The notes below the pieces were generated by a model. The model was not told where the DNA came from. It was given only the letters and a program-made list of their open reading frames with translations, and made no database searches. A DNA stretch of 64,000 bases. Source: a virus (taxonomy: Duplodnaviria; Caudoviricetes). The DNA lies in the IMG/VR virus record IMGVR_UViG_2595698868_000001, positions 96,001 to 160,000 of that record; one strand, given 5' to 3'. Position numbers and translations under genes: made by a program. Below are positions 45,147 through 54,700 of the stretch, in pieces. Each line of letters begins with the position of its first letter. Position 1 is the first letter of the stretch.

Positions 45147-45845
45147 CTACAGCGTGCGGGACGGCAGCACGCGGCCCGGACCACCCGGTGGGCGGCGATA
45201 GGGCGTAGGCGCAGGAGGCGGCGCGACTGACGGCGTGCGCGCGGTCACAGCGGCGGTCGTGATCGGCTTGATCTTGCGCGGCTTCGGCGCCGTCAGGCTC
45301 TTGAACCACTTCAAGACGCCGGCGTACCACGGCGTATAGAGGCGCAGGCGGCCGTGCGGAAAACGCGAAGCGCTGGGCAGTTCGCCGAAAAAGTTGCCCC
45401 GCGTTCCGCGCTTCGGCTGGACTGCGAAGTAGACGCAGCCATTGGCGAACGTCCACTTCTCAACAGCGACGCCGCGATACCCCGACACATGATCGTAGAC
45501 ATAGTCGCCGATCTTGATCGTGACGGTATCGTCTTCGGCCGGCAGCTTGTCGGAGTAGCCGACGCCGATCTGCTCCAGCAGATGGTAGTCGACGAAGTGG
45601 GCGTCCATCACCTTCTCGGCATCGCCCTTGGCAGGGCGCGGCTGGATGGCGTACTGGATGTTGCCGCTCATGAATTCGAGCCGCGCCGATGCGAAGCCCT
45701 TGAGCGCCGACATCGGGTCGCGAATTTCGATGCCCAGACGCGTCTTTTCCGTGACCGGGATAGGCGTAAACGCAGGCTTCGCGGTGGTCTTACGCGTCGC
45801 CGTCGAGCGACGCGGCGTAGGCTTCTTCAGGTTGATGTCCGTCAT
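45147..45845 (-). CDS. Hypothetical protein with an internally duplicated SH3-like module
   Basis: LGIEIRDPMSALKG...YAIQP and IGDYVYDHVSGYRG...FAVQP. Confidence 0.6.
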   Translation of the reverse strand: MTDINLKKPTPRRSTATRKTTAKPAFTPIPVTEKTRLGIEIRDPMSALKGFASARLEFMSGNIQYAIQPRPAKGDAEKVMDAHFVDYHLLEQIGVGYSDKLPAEDDTVTIKIGDYVYDHVSGYRGVAVEKWTFANGCVYFAVQPKRGTRGNFFGELPSASRFPHGRLRLYTPWYAGVLKWFKSLTAPKPRKIKPITTAAVTARTPSVAPPPAPTPYRRPPGGPGRVLPSRTL

Positions 45846-46264
45846 TGCTTCGTTTCCTTGTCGAACATGTTGGCGGTCCGAATGAGTGCCGAAATCTTGT
45901 CCTGGAGGTAGTTCCAGGTCTCGGGCGAGCGTAGGCGCAGTTCAGCGCGCTCGGTCCCGAGCCCGGCGGCAGGGATGATGACGATGCCACCCTGCTTGAC
46001 CTTGTCGAACAGCGGCTTCATGTCCTGGTCGATGATGCGGTTTTGCGCCTCGACCGCCGCAGGATCGTTCGTGAAGAACGCGTCCTCGGACATCGACGGC
46101 AGGTACTTGGTGGCGACGCCGATCCCGTTGGGCTCGTTGCGCATCTCGGCCGCCTGCCCGCCGTCGCCATATCGGGCGACGTTGTCGCCAAAGACGTAGA
46201 GGACGTCGATGTTGCGGCGCAGATCGCGCCGCGCGATGTGATGCTGGAACAGGACCGGCATCAC
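45842..46264 (-). CDS. Conserved-looking phage hypothetical protein
   Basis: YVFGDN...GGQAAEMR...GIGVATK. Confidence 0.6.
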   Translation of the reverse strand: MMPVLFQHHIARRDLRRNIDVLYVFGDNVARYGDGGQAAEMRNEPNGIGVATKYLPSMSEDAFFTNDPAAVEAQNRIIDQDMKPLFDKVKQGGIVIIPAAGLGTERAELRLRSPETWNYLQDKISALIRTANMFDKETKQ

Positions 46265-47556
46265 TTATCCTCGTCGGCCTTGGCGTTGAAGTGCGTGTGG
46301 TAGGCGTCGCGCAGCGCACGGTCATAGGCCGTAACAAACGGATGCTCCGCCCCGCCTTCACCTTCGCCGGCCGTACGCTCGCAGTAGTTCACAAGGCTGT
46401 CGCGTTGGGTGTCTTCCAAAGTGTCGGTGTTGTCGTAGTTGGGGTAGTCGGCCTTGGCTCGGCTGATGCCGGTTTCCTTACCGACCGCGATCGCACGCTC
46501 CAGCGTCCAGACGATGCTGTTGTAGCCCTCGCGGTAACCGTCCTCGTACCCTTCCTGATACCACTCGCGCTCGTGCAGTTCGATCGCATCGTTCGGGAAC
46601 TTGAAGTCGTTCTGCCAGTCCGCGTCGTAGCCCAGATTGGCATCCTTGGCGCCGTCGGTCTTGCCGTCCTCCAAGCCACGGGCGCCCCACCATTCGGCAT
46701 CGTGGGTTTCACGCTCTTCGGCCAGAGCCTCTTCGACGCGATCGACGATCTCGTCAGCCGGCTCGGTCACCGGGCGATACCGATTGTCGACGATGTCCTT
46801 GAAGTGGTTCTTGGCGTCCTCTTCCGGAATCTCGCCGGCGACGAAGAGTTCGCAGCAGCGCAGCTTCTGGTCGTCGTGGTCCGCCGGGATCGCCGTGACG
46901 TGCTCGGGATCGACGCGGATGATCATCACCCGACCACGCTGCGGGTACCAGAACTTCAGGTACTCGAAAGAACAGACGTGAAGACCGCGCGAACAGGTCT
47001 GATGTCGATTCGGGTCGCAGTCCTCGCGACGCATATTGGGGGTCGTACCCGGAAGATATTGGACCTTGCCGTTCTCGCCCGAGGCGTAGGACCAGTATTC
47101 GTCGTCGACCTTCTTGAAGCCGTAGAGGTAACCGTCCTCGTCGAGAGGCAGGTTGCCCTTCTCCATGAAGCGGTAGAGGTCTTCGGCCACGGTCGGGTCA
47201 GGATTGCGCGACAGCCGTTCGATGAAATTGGCGAGCGACACGAAGCTCATGCCTTGCTCGATCAGCTTGCTGATGCGCCCGGTGAGCCCGTAGTCGATGA
47301 GCTTGCCATCCAGGCGCAGACGATCGGTCTCGTCGACCGTGACGCGACCGTGACTGAGCTTGGCGACCCATTGGACAGCGTCGGCGATGTCACTGATCGC
47401 TTCGACGTCGTGAACCGGCGCGCGCAGCAACTCCTCCAACTGCCGACCACGCTCGGACGAGAGAAGGAAAGAACGCCAGCGCTGATTCACCAGGACGCCG
47501 ACACGGGCGTTGGGTCGGCCTCGGCCGCTGATCATGTAGGGCAGCTTGTCAGTCAT
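46261..47556 (-). CDS. rIIB: rIIB-like protein
   Basis: NPDP...DLYRF, DGYLYGFKKV, TCSRGLHVCSFEY, KLRCCE; follows the rIIA-like gene. Confidence 0.8.
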   Translation of the reverse strand: MTDKLPYMISGRGRPNARVGVLVNQRWRSFLLSSERGRQLEELLRAPVHDVEAISDIADAVQWVAKLSHGRVTVDETDRLRLDGKLIDYGLTGRISKLIEQGMSFVSLANFIERLSRNPDPTVAEDLYRFMEKGNLPLDEDGYLYGFKKVDDEYWSYASGENGKVQYLPGTTPNMRREDCDPNRHQTCSRGLHVCSFEYLKFWYPQRGRVMIIRVDPEHVTAIPADHDDQKLRCCELFVAGEIPEEDAKNHFKDIVDNRYRPVTEPADEIVDRVEEALAEERETHDAEWWGARGLEDGKTDGAKDANLGYDADWQNDFKFPNDAIELHEREWYQEGYEDGYREGYNSIVWTLERAIAVGKETGISRAKADYPNYDNTDTLEDTQRDSLVNYCERTAGEGEGGAEHPFVTAYDRALRDAYHTHFNAKADEDK

Positions 47557-47561
47557 GGTCG

Positions 47562-49676
47562 TTAGGCCTTGGACTTGGGCGGGAAAACGTTCTGGAGGTG
47601 GATCAGCAGGCCGACGTACTTGTGCGCCTGGGCCGGATCGTCCTTACAGTAGTGGAGGTTGGAGATCACGCCCGAGGCCGGATTGGAATGGAAGTTCCAG
47701 TCCGAAATGATGGCGAGCGCCTTCTTCAGCGAGGCGGCGGCCTTCGGACAGGCAGGCGTGACGACGCGGTCGTTGTTGTCGACCACCAGGGCGTCCAGTA
47801 CCTTCTTCTCGTCATCCTTGATCGCCGTAAGATCGATACCGAGGTAGCCCTTGGCGTATTTGGCGATCTTGGAATAGATGCCCGTACCCTTTTCGAGACG
47901 CGCATAGTCTTCCGGCGCGAGAAGCTGGAGGAACTTCACGAACGCCTTCGCAGTGCTGGATTGGAAGATTTCGTGGGTGTGGTACCACAGGTCGAATCCA
48001 CTACCCTTCTCCTTCAGGCGCAGATCGACAGCCTCCCGGAGATGCGGGATGCTGTGGTCATCCATCTGATGCTGGGCCTGAGGCGCGGCGATGTACAGGG
48101 CATCGAGCCCGAACGATTTCGCCAACTTGAACAGCGGCCCGGCCTGACGGCGATGCTGTGCGCTGCTGATCCAGGCGTACTTGCCCTCATCCGCCTTGAT
48201 CTCGAAGACCGGTTTCTGCTCACCGGCCGCCTTGGCGAACGCGAGGCCTCGAATGGGCGGCTTGGACTTGTCGGTGACCGGCGACACGCGACGTGGCATC
48301 GCATCGCGCAGTTCTTCGAAAGTGATGAACTGCCAGCGGTCCCCAAAGCAGGCCGTCCAGAACTCCTCTCGCGGTTCCGCGAAATTCATGAGCAGCGTGA
48401 CAAGCGACAGCGAATTGCGTTCCATGTAAGAACGCACGAAACGGGCGATGCGGCGTTGTTCGCTGAACGACAGGGTGCTCGAAGTCGGATCACGCGATGC
48501 GTCCAAGAAGGCCGAACCATCGTTCAAGATCAGGTACTTCTCGGCCTGACGACCGTTGGGTCCAGTTTCCAGGTTGAAGCTCTGGGGGACGCTGAAGTCC
48601 CAGCGGCCGTCCTTTTGGCGGAAGCACTCGACAAAATAGCGATCGCCGGTCGCCGTCATCACCGTCGATTTCATGCCGGTGATGGGATGTTCATAATTTC
48701 CGGTCACGAACGTCGGGGTCAATTCCTTGGCCTTGGCGAAGAACGACTTGACCGACTTGATGTCCTTGATGGCTTCCCAGACGGCCGACGCCACCTCTTC
48801 ACGCAGGCGCTCAACGCGGTTGTTGAGGTAGCCTACGACTTCCTCGCTGTATTCGATCGATTCACGCGAGGGCGTGACCTTCACGGTGCCGATCGGACAG
48901 TCGAGGATGAAGCGGCTCTTGGAGTCGTAGTTCACCTTCGGCAGCGTGATCTTGTCTCGGGCGATCGGATAAATCACGCACCCCTGCCGAGCATACCACC
49001 CAGGCGGCAGGGCGCACTCGTCCACGACGAACCAATCGTCACCGGCGAACTTGGGCTTCGGGTTTTCGCCGAGTTTGACATTGGTCTCGAAGGCGCCGTT
49101 GTGCGCCAAGGCCACTTCGCGGATCGCCTTTTCGAAGGCATCGAAGTCCCGCGCCTCCACGGCGAAAGCGACTCGAACACCGCGCGGTTCGTCGCACGGC
49201 TCTTCGCTCATGAGGTAGAGTGTGGGGATATCATCTTCAGCCAGACCATAACCGTAGTGGCGGACGGTCTCGCCGTCGTAACAGGAGATCGTGTACTGAT
49301 CAGTGTAGGCATACGGCGCCTGGGCGCCGTGGCCCCACATGCCGACCTCGTCGTTCGACTTGTCCTTATCAGACTCGCCCAGGACGATGTAGACCTCCTC
49401 CATGACTTGGTCCGTCATGCCGACGCCGTAGTCGCGCACTGCGAATTCCGGCTGGAGGGCGGTTGGGGCCTGAACGTAGAAAGGCTTGTCGTTGCCTGCG
49501 CGCAGATGGGAGTCCCAGGCGTTCGAGGCGAGTTCGCGAACCGGCGCCTCGATCTTCTTCGAGTATTGCGCGTCGATGTGCATCTTGAAGGTCTTCGCCG
49601 ACAACTTGATCGACGATTTACGTGCCTTCATGATGCCGTGCGCTTGGAAATCGTTCGGCTGGGTCTCAATGAGCAT
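47562..49676 (-). CDS. rIIA: rIIA-like protein (GHKL ATPase N-terminus)
   Basis: YSKKIEAPVRELASNAWDSH, VRDYGVGM, SDK, YAYTDQYTI, TPSRESI. Confidence 0.82.
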   Translation of the reverse strand: MLIETQPNDFQAHGIMKARKSSIKLSAKTFKMHIDAQYSKKIEAPVRELASNAWDSHLRAGNDKPFYVQAPTALQPEFAVRDYGVGMTDQVMEEVYIVLGESDKDKSNDEVGMWGHGAQAPYAYTDQYTISCYDGETVRHYGYGLAEDDIPTLYLMSEEPCDEPRGVRVAFAVEARDFDAFEKAIREVALAHNGAFETNVKLGENPKPKFAGDDWFVVDECALPPGWYARQGCVIYPIARDKITLPKVNYDSKSRFILDCPIGTVKVTPSRESIEYSEEVVGYLNNRVERLREEVASAVWEAIKDIKSVKSFFAKAKELTPTFVTGNYEHPITGMKSTVMTATGDRYFVECFRQKDGRWDFSVPQSFNLETGPNGRQAEKYLILNDGSAFLDASRDPTSSTLSFSEQRRIARFVRSYMERNSLSLVTLLMNFAEPREEFWTACFGDRWQFITFEELRDAMPRRVSPVTDKSKPPIRGLAFAKAAGEQKPVFEIKADEGKYAWISSAQHRRQAGPLFKLAKSFGLDALYIAAPQAQHQMDDHSIPHLREAVDLRLKEKGSGFDLWYHTHEIFQSSTAKAFVKFLQLLAPEDYARLEKGTGIYSKIAKYAKGYLGIDLTAIKDDEKKVLDALVVDNNDRVVTPACPKAAASLKKALAIISDWNFHSNPASGVISNLHYCKDDPAQAHKYVGLLIHLQNVFPPKSKA

Positions 49677-49814
49677 GGGCGGTTCGAACTCGAAGGGCTG
49701 GGTCTGATAGTTGCCGACTGGCATACGCCCCGCCCGGTTAGCTTGTCAACTCACGCTGTCACCGCCCTGCCGGCTTTCTTGACGCTGGACCCTTTCGGTG
49801 TCAGGATTCCTGGC

Positions 49815-50081
49815 ATGTTGGTGATGCGCGATATCACGGGCGAGGCGACGGCCACCGTGGCCAGCTTCTATGGGTATGAGCCGATCCCGCCGCGTGGAGT
49901 GGAAGGCTGTCCATGTCTGGAGCCCATTCCGACGAATGAACTGATCACCATCCACGACCGTAACAATCAAATTGTCTGGTATGCGAGGAAGAATTGTCCG
50001 ATCCACGGAATCCTGATCACGGACCTGCCCGAATCCCCTCCTACGGACACAAGTACGGACTCCTCCACGATCGAATCGTAG
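49815..50081 (+). CDS. Possible small Cys-containing protein
   Basis: CPC...CPIH; start uncertain. Confidence 0.35.
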   Translation: MLVMRDITGEATATVASFYGYEPIPPRGVEGCPCLEPIPTNELITIHDRNNQIVWYARKNCPIHGILITDLPESPPTDTSTDSSTIES

Positions 50082-50431
50082 GCGATAAGGACCCGGACTC
50101 GACCTTCCATAGCAAGATCAGCAACCACGCCAAGACCGAGTACATCTGTCAGGCGCTTCGGCTGGACCCGCGTGCGTTCAACCTCGATCTCCCATTCCCG
50201 CTGGAGGACTGGAATTCGAGCAGCGACATGTCGCTGATCAACGCCGGCCTCTACTTCACCGACATGCGCCGTCAGTTCTTCGAAGCGCTCGTCGCCGAAC
50301 ACGCCGAGCACCGCCACGGCGACGCCTGGGTGAAGCAGGGTGAAGCCGAGTTCTGGTGCGTCGAGTTCAACCGCACGCTGCACAAGCGCCTCAGCGGTAT
50401 CGTAATCGGCGACTCGCGGGTGCTGAATTGA
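49994..50431 (+). CDS. Hypothetical protein (start uncertain)
   Basis: GC3-biased codons in the 3' two-thirds; stop overlaps the next start. Confidence 0.5.
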   Translation: MSDPRNPDHGPARIPSYGHKYGLLHDRIVGDKDPDSTFHSKISNHAKTEYICQALRLDPRAFNLDLPFPLEDWNSSSDMSLINAGLYFTDMRRQFFEALVAEHAEHRHGDAWVKQGEAEFWCVEFNRTLHKRLSGIVIGDSRVLN

Positions 50432-50802
50432 GCAAGACCATCACCATCTATGACGGCGCGATCGAGGCCAATCACGTCGGGTCGTTCGTCAAGATGGGCG
50501 AGGCCTTCCAGGTGATCCGCCCTGGCTACGACGCGCAGGGCAACCCGCGCGCAGCGTGGACGCAGATCGTCCACGACGGCATCCCCATCTTCGAGGAGAA
50601 GGTGAAGGGGCCGCTATCGGCCGCGACGCGGTCCTTCGACCGTCAGTGGGCGCAAGTCATCGGCGACGATCGTGACCTGATGCTCCGTGCGCTTGAGGCC
50701 TGCAAGAAGGAGCACCGGGCCAAGTTCCGGGATGGCCGTTCCGGTGTGGAGCCGGCGCCTACCATCCACGACACCCGCATCGGCACGAACTATGTCGCCT
50801 AG
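50428..50802 (+). CDS. Hypothetical protein
   Basis: TTGA overlap start. Confidence 0.55.
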   Translation: MSKTITIYDGAIEANHVGSFVKMGEAFQVIRPGYDAQGNPRAAWTQIVHDGIPIFEEKVKGPLSAATRSFDRQWAQVIGDDRDLMLRALEACKKEHRAKFRDGRSGVEPAPTIHDTRIGTNYVA

Positions 50803-50858
50803 GCGACAAGTTGACGCAGAGAGTTGACAGCCGGCACAAGCTGAGCCATAACCCTGCT

Positions 50859-50939
50859 CGTAAACCAGCAGCCGTCCCCTCCGAACCGATAGCTGCTGGA
50901 CTGTAGGAAGCCGGGGATCACTGCGATCTCCGGCTTTTT
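50859..50939 (+). ncRNA. Candidate sRNA with anti-Shine-Dalgarno loop
   Basis: TTGACA-N17-CATAAC promoter (50824-50852), hairpin with a CCCCTCC loop, intrinsic terminator. Confidence 0.55.
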
Positions 50940-51017
50940 AGTTTTCTGGGCATCAGGAGTTGACAGACGTGACTCCTCGGAATATGTGACTCCTCGACGA
51001 TAACGAAGGAGGCCCCG

Positions 51018-51680
51018 ATGGCTCAACGTTCCACTTCTCGCAAGCGCGCCAAGGTTCTCGACCGCGCGCAGTTCGACGCCCTTCTACCGATCGTGCGTGC
51101 GTCCAAGACGCCGCTGCGCGATGAAGTCGCCCTGCGTCTCTCGTTCAGCGCGGGGCTGCGCGCCTGCGAGATCGCCAACCTGCGCTGGTACAACAACCTT
51201 CTGGGTCCGACCGGCAAGCTGCTGGAGAACATCCACATTACCGGCGACGTCGCCAAACGCTCTATTGAGCGCGTGATCCCGATCGAGCCCGAACTGGCGA
51301 AGCTGCTGCGCCGCCTTCGCCGGCAGCGGCCGGAAGACGAATACGTTTTCTTCGCGGTCCACAACTACCAGACCCCTATGGTGCAGGACCCCAAGAACCC
51401 CAAGAAGAAGATCATCAACCCGACCTTCACCTTGGGCAAGGTCCAGCCGACAGCAGTGATCCAGTTCTTCCGCCGCCTGTATCGTCAGGCGGGCTACGTG
51501 GGCTGCTCCAGCCACAGCGGCCGGCGTACGTTCACCACGGTCAAGGCCCGTCAGGTCGGCAAACACGGCTGCTCGATCGAGGACGTCCGTGATCTGGTCG
51601 GCCATAAGCGCCTGGACACCACGGCCTCCTATATCGAGCCGTCGGACAACCGCCGCGCGCTGATCTCGGCGGACTGGTAA
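51018..51680 (+). CDS. Tyrosine recombinase (catalytic domain only)
   Basis: GLRACEI, HSGRR, LVGH, TTASY; AAGGAGG RBS. Confidence 0.88.
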   Translation: MAQRSTSRKRAKVLDRAQFDALLPIVRASKTPLRDEVALRLSFSAGLRACEIANLRWYNNLLGPTGKLLENIHITGDVAKRSIERVIPIEPELAKLLRRLRRQRPEDEYVFFAVHNYQTPMVQDPKNPKKKIINPTFTLGKVQPTAVIQFFRRLYRQAGYVGCSSHSGRRTFTTVKARQVGKHGCSIEDVRDLVGHKRLDTTASYIEPSDNRRALISADW

Positions 51681-51794
51681 GCGGCGCCGGCGCCCTTAAC
51701 AGGGGGCCGGTTTAAGCTGCCAGTATTCTTGACATTCGTGAACGGATGGACGAGGGTGACGCCTCGTCCATCACCCCCGTCCAAACGTCCCCGT

Positions 51795-54700
51795 ATGACC
51801 GCTTTGCAAGATTTCCTCTCGGCGCTCTTCGCCGCGTGCCCTGAGTCTCCGGTACCGCTGACGGTGGGGGAGGATGCCTACGAAGCCTACACCGCCGACG
51901 AAATCGCCAGTGTCGTCAGCGCGGCGGAAGAAGCCGGAGAGGCCCTTTATACCGCGCCCGTGACGCAGGGACTCGTCGCCTTCATGCCGGCGGTGACCGA
52001 AAACGTGGCCGACCCCGACGAGTGGCGCGACGCCACGATCCAACCGACAGCGGTGTTGTTCCGGGACGGGATCATGCTGTCGCTTTACGCGCTGGACGCG
52101 GCCGTCGATTTGGAAGCTTCGCCCGAGGTCCAGAGCCTGTTCGGCTGGATGGGCAGTGATCCCTCCGACCTCATCCCTACCCCTGATTCGAACGGCTGGA
52201 CCCTGGCCCATTGCGACCCCAACGTCTACCAGACGCTGGCGACGCTCATGGATGCGTATGCCCCTGAGACGCCGGTCACAGGCGCTGTCGGCGCACCAGC
52301 CGAAGGCGCTCCGTGGGACGAGGACTTCGGGACCCTGCATGATGCGCATATCCTGACGTATTACGATCCGACCGATGCCTACTATGCCCAAGAGATGACG
52401 ATCTCGATCGGCGGTAACCGCGAATCGAAGAAGTGGGTTCCCAAGACGATGCCGATCGCGGCGTTCGTGGAACTGCTGTCGATGCACCGCGAGGACCCCA
52501 AGAAGGACGGCTTGGCGTTCGTCCTGGCCGAGATCGTCGGCGACCAGCGCCGGAAGCAGGCTGTGAAGACCTGCTACGGCGTGGGCCTCGATATCGACGT
52601 TGGCGTCTCGGGCGCCCAGATCGACGCAGCCCTGAAGGAAATGGGCTGCCTCGCCGTCCGCTACACCACCCACAGCCACAACAAGACGTCGACGTTCCTG
52701 AACAAGGACCGTGTGACGAAGTGGGCGGCGAAGAATGGCCAGGAGGAACTGGACGAGGCCGTCATCAAGCGCTTCCTCCGCGAGGAAGAAGATTGGGTTC
52801 CGGAACTGATTGAATCCGTCGCCTACCTCGGGGATGATCACCGCCCTGAAGGCCTGATGATCCAGCTTGAGCACGATCCGATGCCCAAGCACCGCGTCGT
52901 CGTGCCGCTGGCTACGCCTTACGAGGTCGCCAAGATCGCCAAGACCCACGAAGAGGGCATGCGCAAGTGGAACGAGATTCCCAAGGCGCTGGCCCGCGCT
53001 TTGGGCGACCTGCCGCTCGACAAGGCGGCTCTGGACCCCTCGCGCCTCTTCTATTTCCCGCGTCACGCTCCCGGTCGCGCCTTCGAAACGACCATCTTCG
53101 GCGGACCGATGCTGGACTGGTCGACCCTGGACCTGGACGGTCCGCCGAAGGACGCCTTCGAAGCGGCCCTGGAGGCTGAGATCGGCGGCTCCAACAAGAG
53201 TGGCGGTGGTTCGCGGTCTACGACCAAGGAAGGCCGCGACCTCGGTCGCTGGTCTATCAAGCGCGCGCACGGTTTCCAGATCGTCGACGTCATTCGTGAC
53301 TTCGACCCCGATCGCATCCGCACCAATGGCGCGCACAAGATCGACATCGAGTGCCCCTTCGACGATCATCACTCCAATCCCGGCGATCCCGAAGACAAGG
53401 GATGCTTCGCGGTCAATGCCGGCGACGGGCCGTCGGGTATCTTCACGATCAAGTGCCAGCACGATTCGTGTCAAGAGCGTACGAACCTGGACTTCCTCGG
53501 CAAGATGCTGAAGGACGGCTGGTTCGAGGACGATGTCCTGGAAAGCGACATGTACAACGCTGTCCTCGACGAGGAGGACACCAGCATTCCGGAGGCCGCG
53601 AAGAAGATCGCGGCCCAGGATGAAGCGCGCGACGAATATCAAGTTAAGATCAGCGCCTTGTCTCCCGAATCGAGCGAGAGCGATATCGAGGACGCGTTGC
53701 GTGCTCTGATGGAAGCTGACCTCGGGCCGCTGGCCCAACAGCGAGCAGAATCCGAGATCAAGCAGAACCTGAAGATCAACCAGTCGACCCTGACCCGCAT
53801 GTTGAAGACGATGCGCCGCGTGGTTGAACGCGATCGCAACCAGTCCGGCGACTACCGCGACCCGAAGGGCCGTCTGGTGTTCTCGTTCCAGGGCGACTTC
53901 AACTTCGACGAAGCCGTCGACATGTGCTTCAAGGCGCTGCGCAACACCAACACCAAGGATGCCGAGCCCACCTTCTCGTGCGTCCAGGACAAGCCTTACC
54001 GCCTCAAGCGCCACCCGAAGACCGGCCGGATTGTCTTCGAAGAACTGCCCAATCAGGCTCTGTGGTCGGAATTGAATACGCGTCTGACCTTCGTGCGTCG
54101 CGGCGACAACGGCGACGGCGCCCGTCAGGCCGTACCGAAGGAAGTGGCGACTCACGTCTACGAGCAGGTCTACAACGAACTGCCGCAGTCGCCGGAAGTC
54201 ATCTACACGCCGCTCTACACCAATGACGGCGCCCTGGTTCTGCACCCCGGCTACTACGCTGACCTGAACATCCTGATGGCGAACACGCGCTTCGAAATCG
54301 ACGTCCCGGTCAACCCGTCGGCGGAAGATGCTCTGGCGGCCGTGGACTTCCTCAAGCATGAACTGCTGGTCGACTTCCCGTTCCTGGACTACGACACCCA
54401 GGGGAACGAACGTCGGGAGCCGTCGGAAGCCAACGCTCTGGCGATGCTGCTCACCCCCTTCATGCGCCGCATGATCAATGGCTGCACGCCGGTGTTCTTC
54501 GTCGCCAAGCCTACGCCGGGTACTGGCGGCACTCTGCTGGGCAAGCTGCCTATGCTCATCTTCGACGGCGTCGAGAGCGCGCCCATGAGCTACACGCAAA
54601 ACGAAGAAGAAATGCGTAAGGCGCTGCTGGCGGCGATCATCGAGACCCGCTCGCACCTCTTCTTCGACGACGTGCGCGAATTCAACAACCGCGTCCTGCT

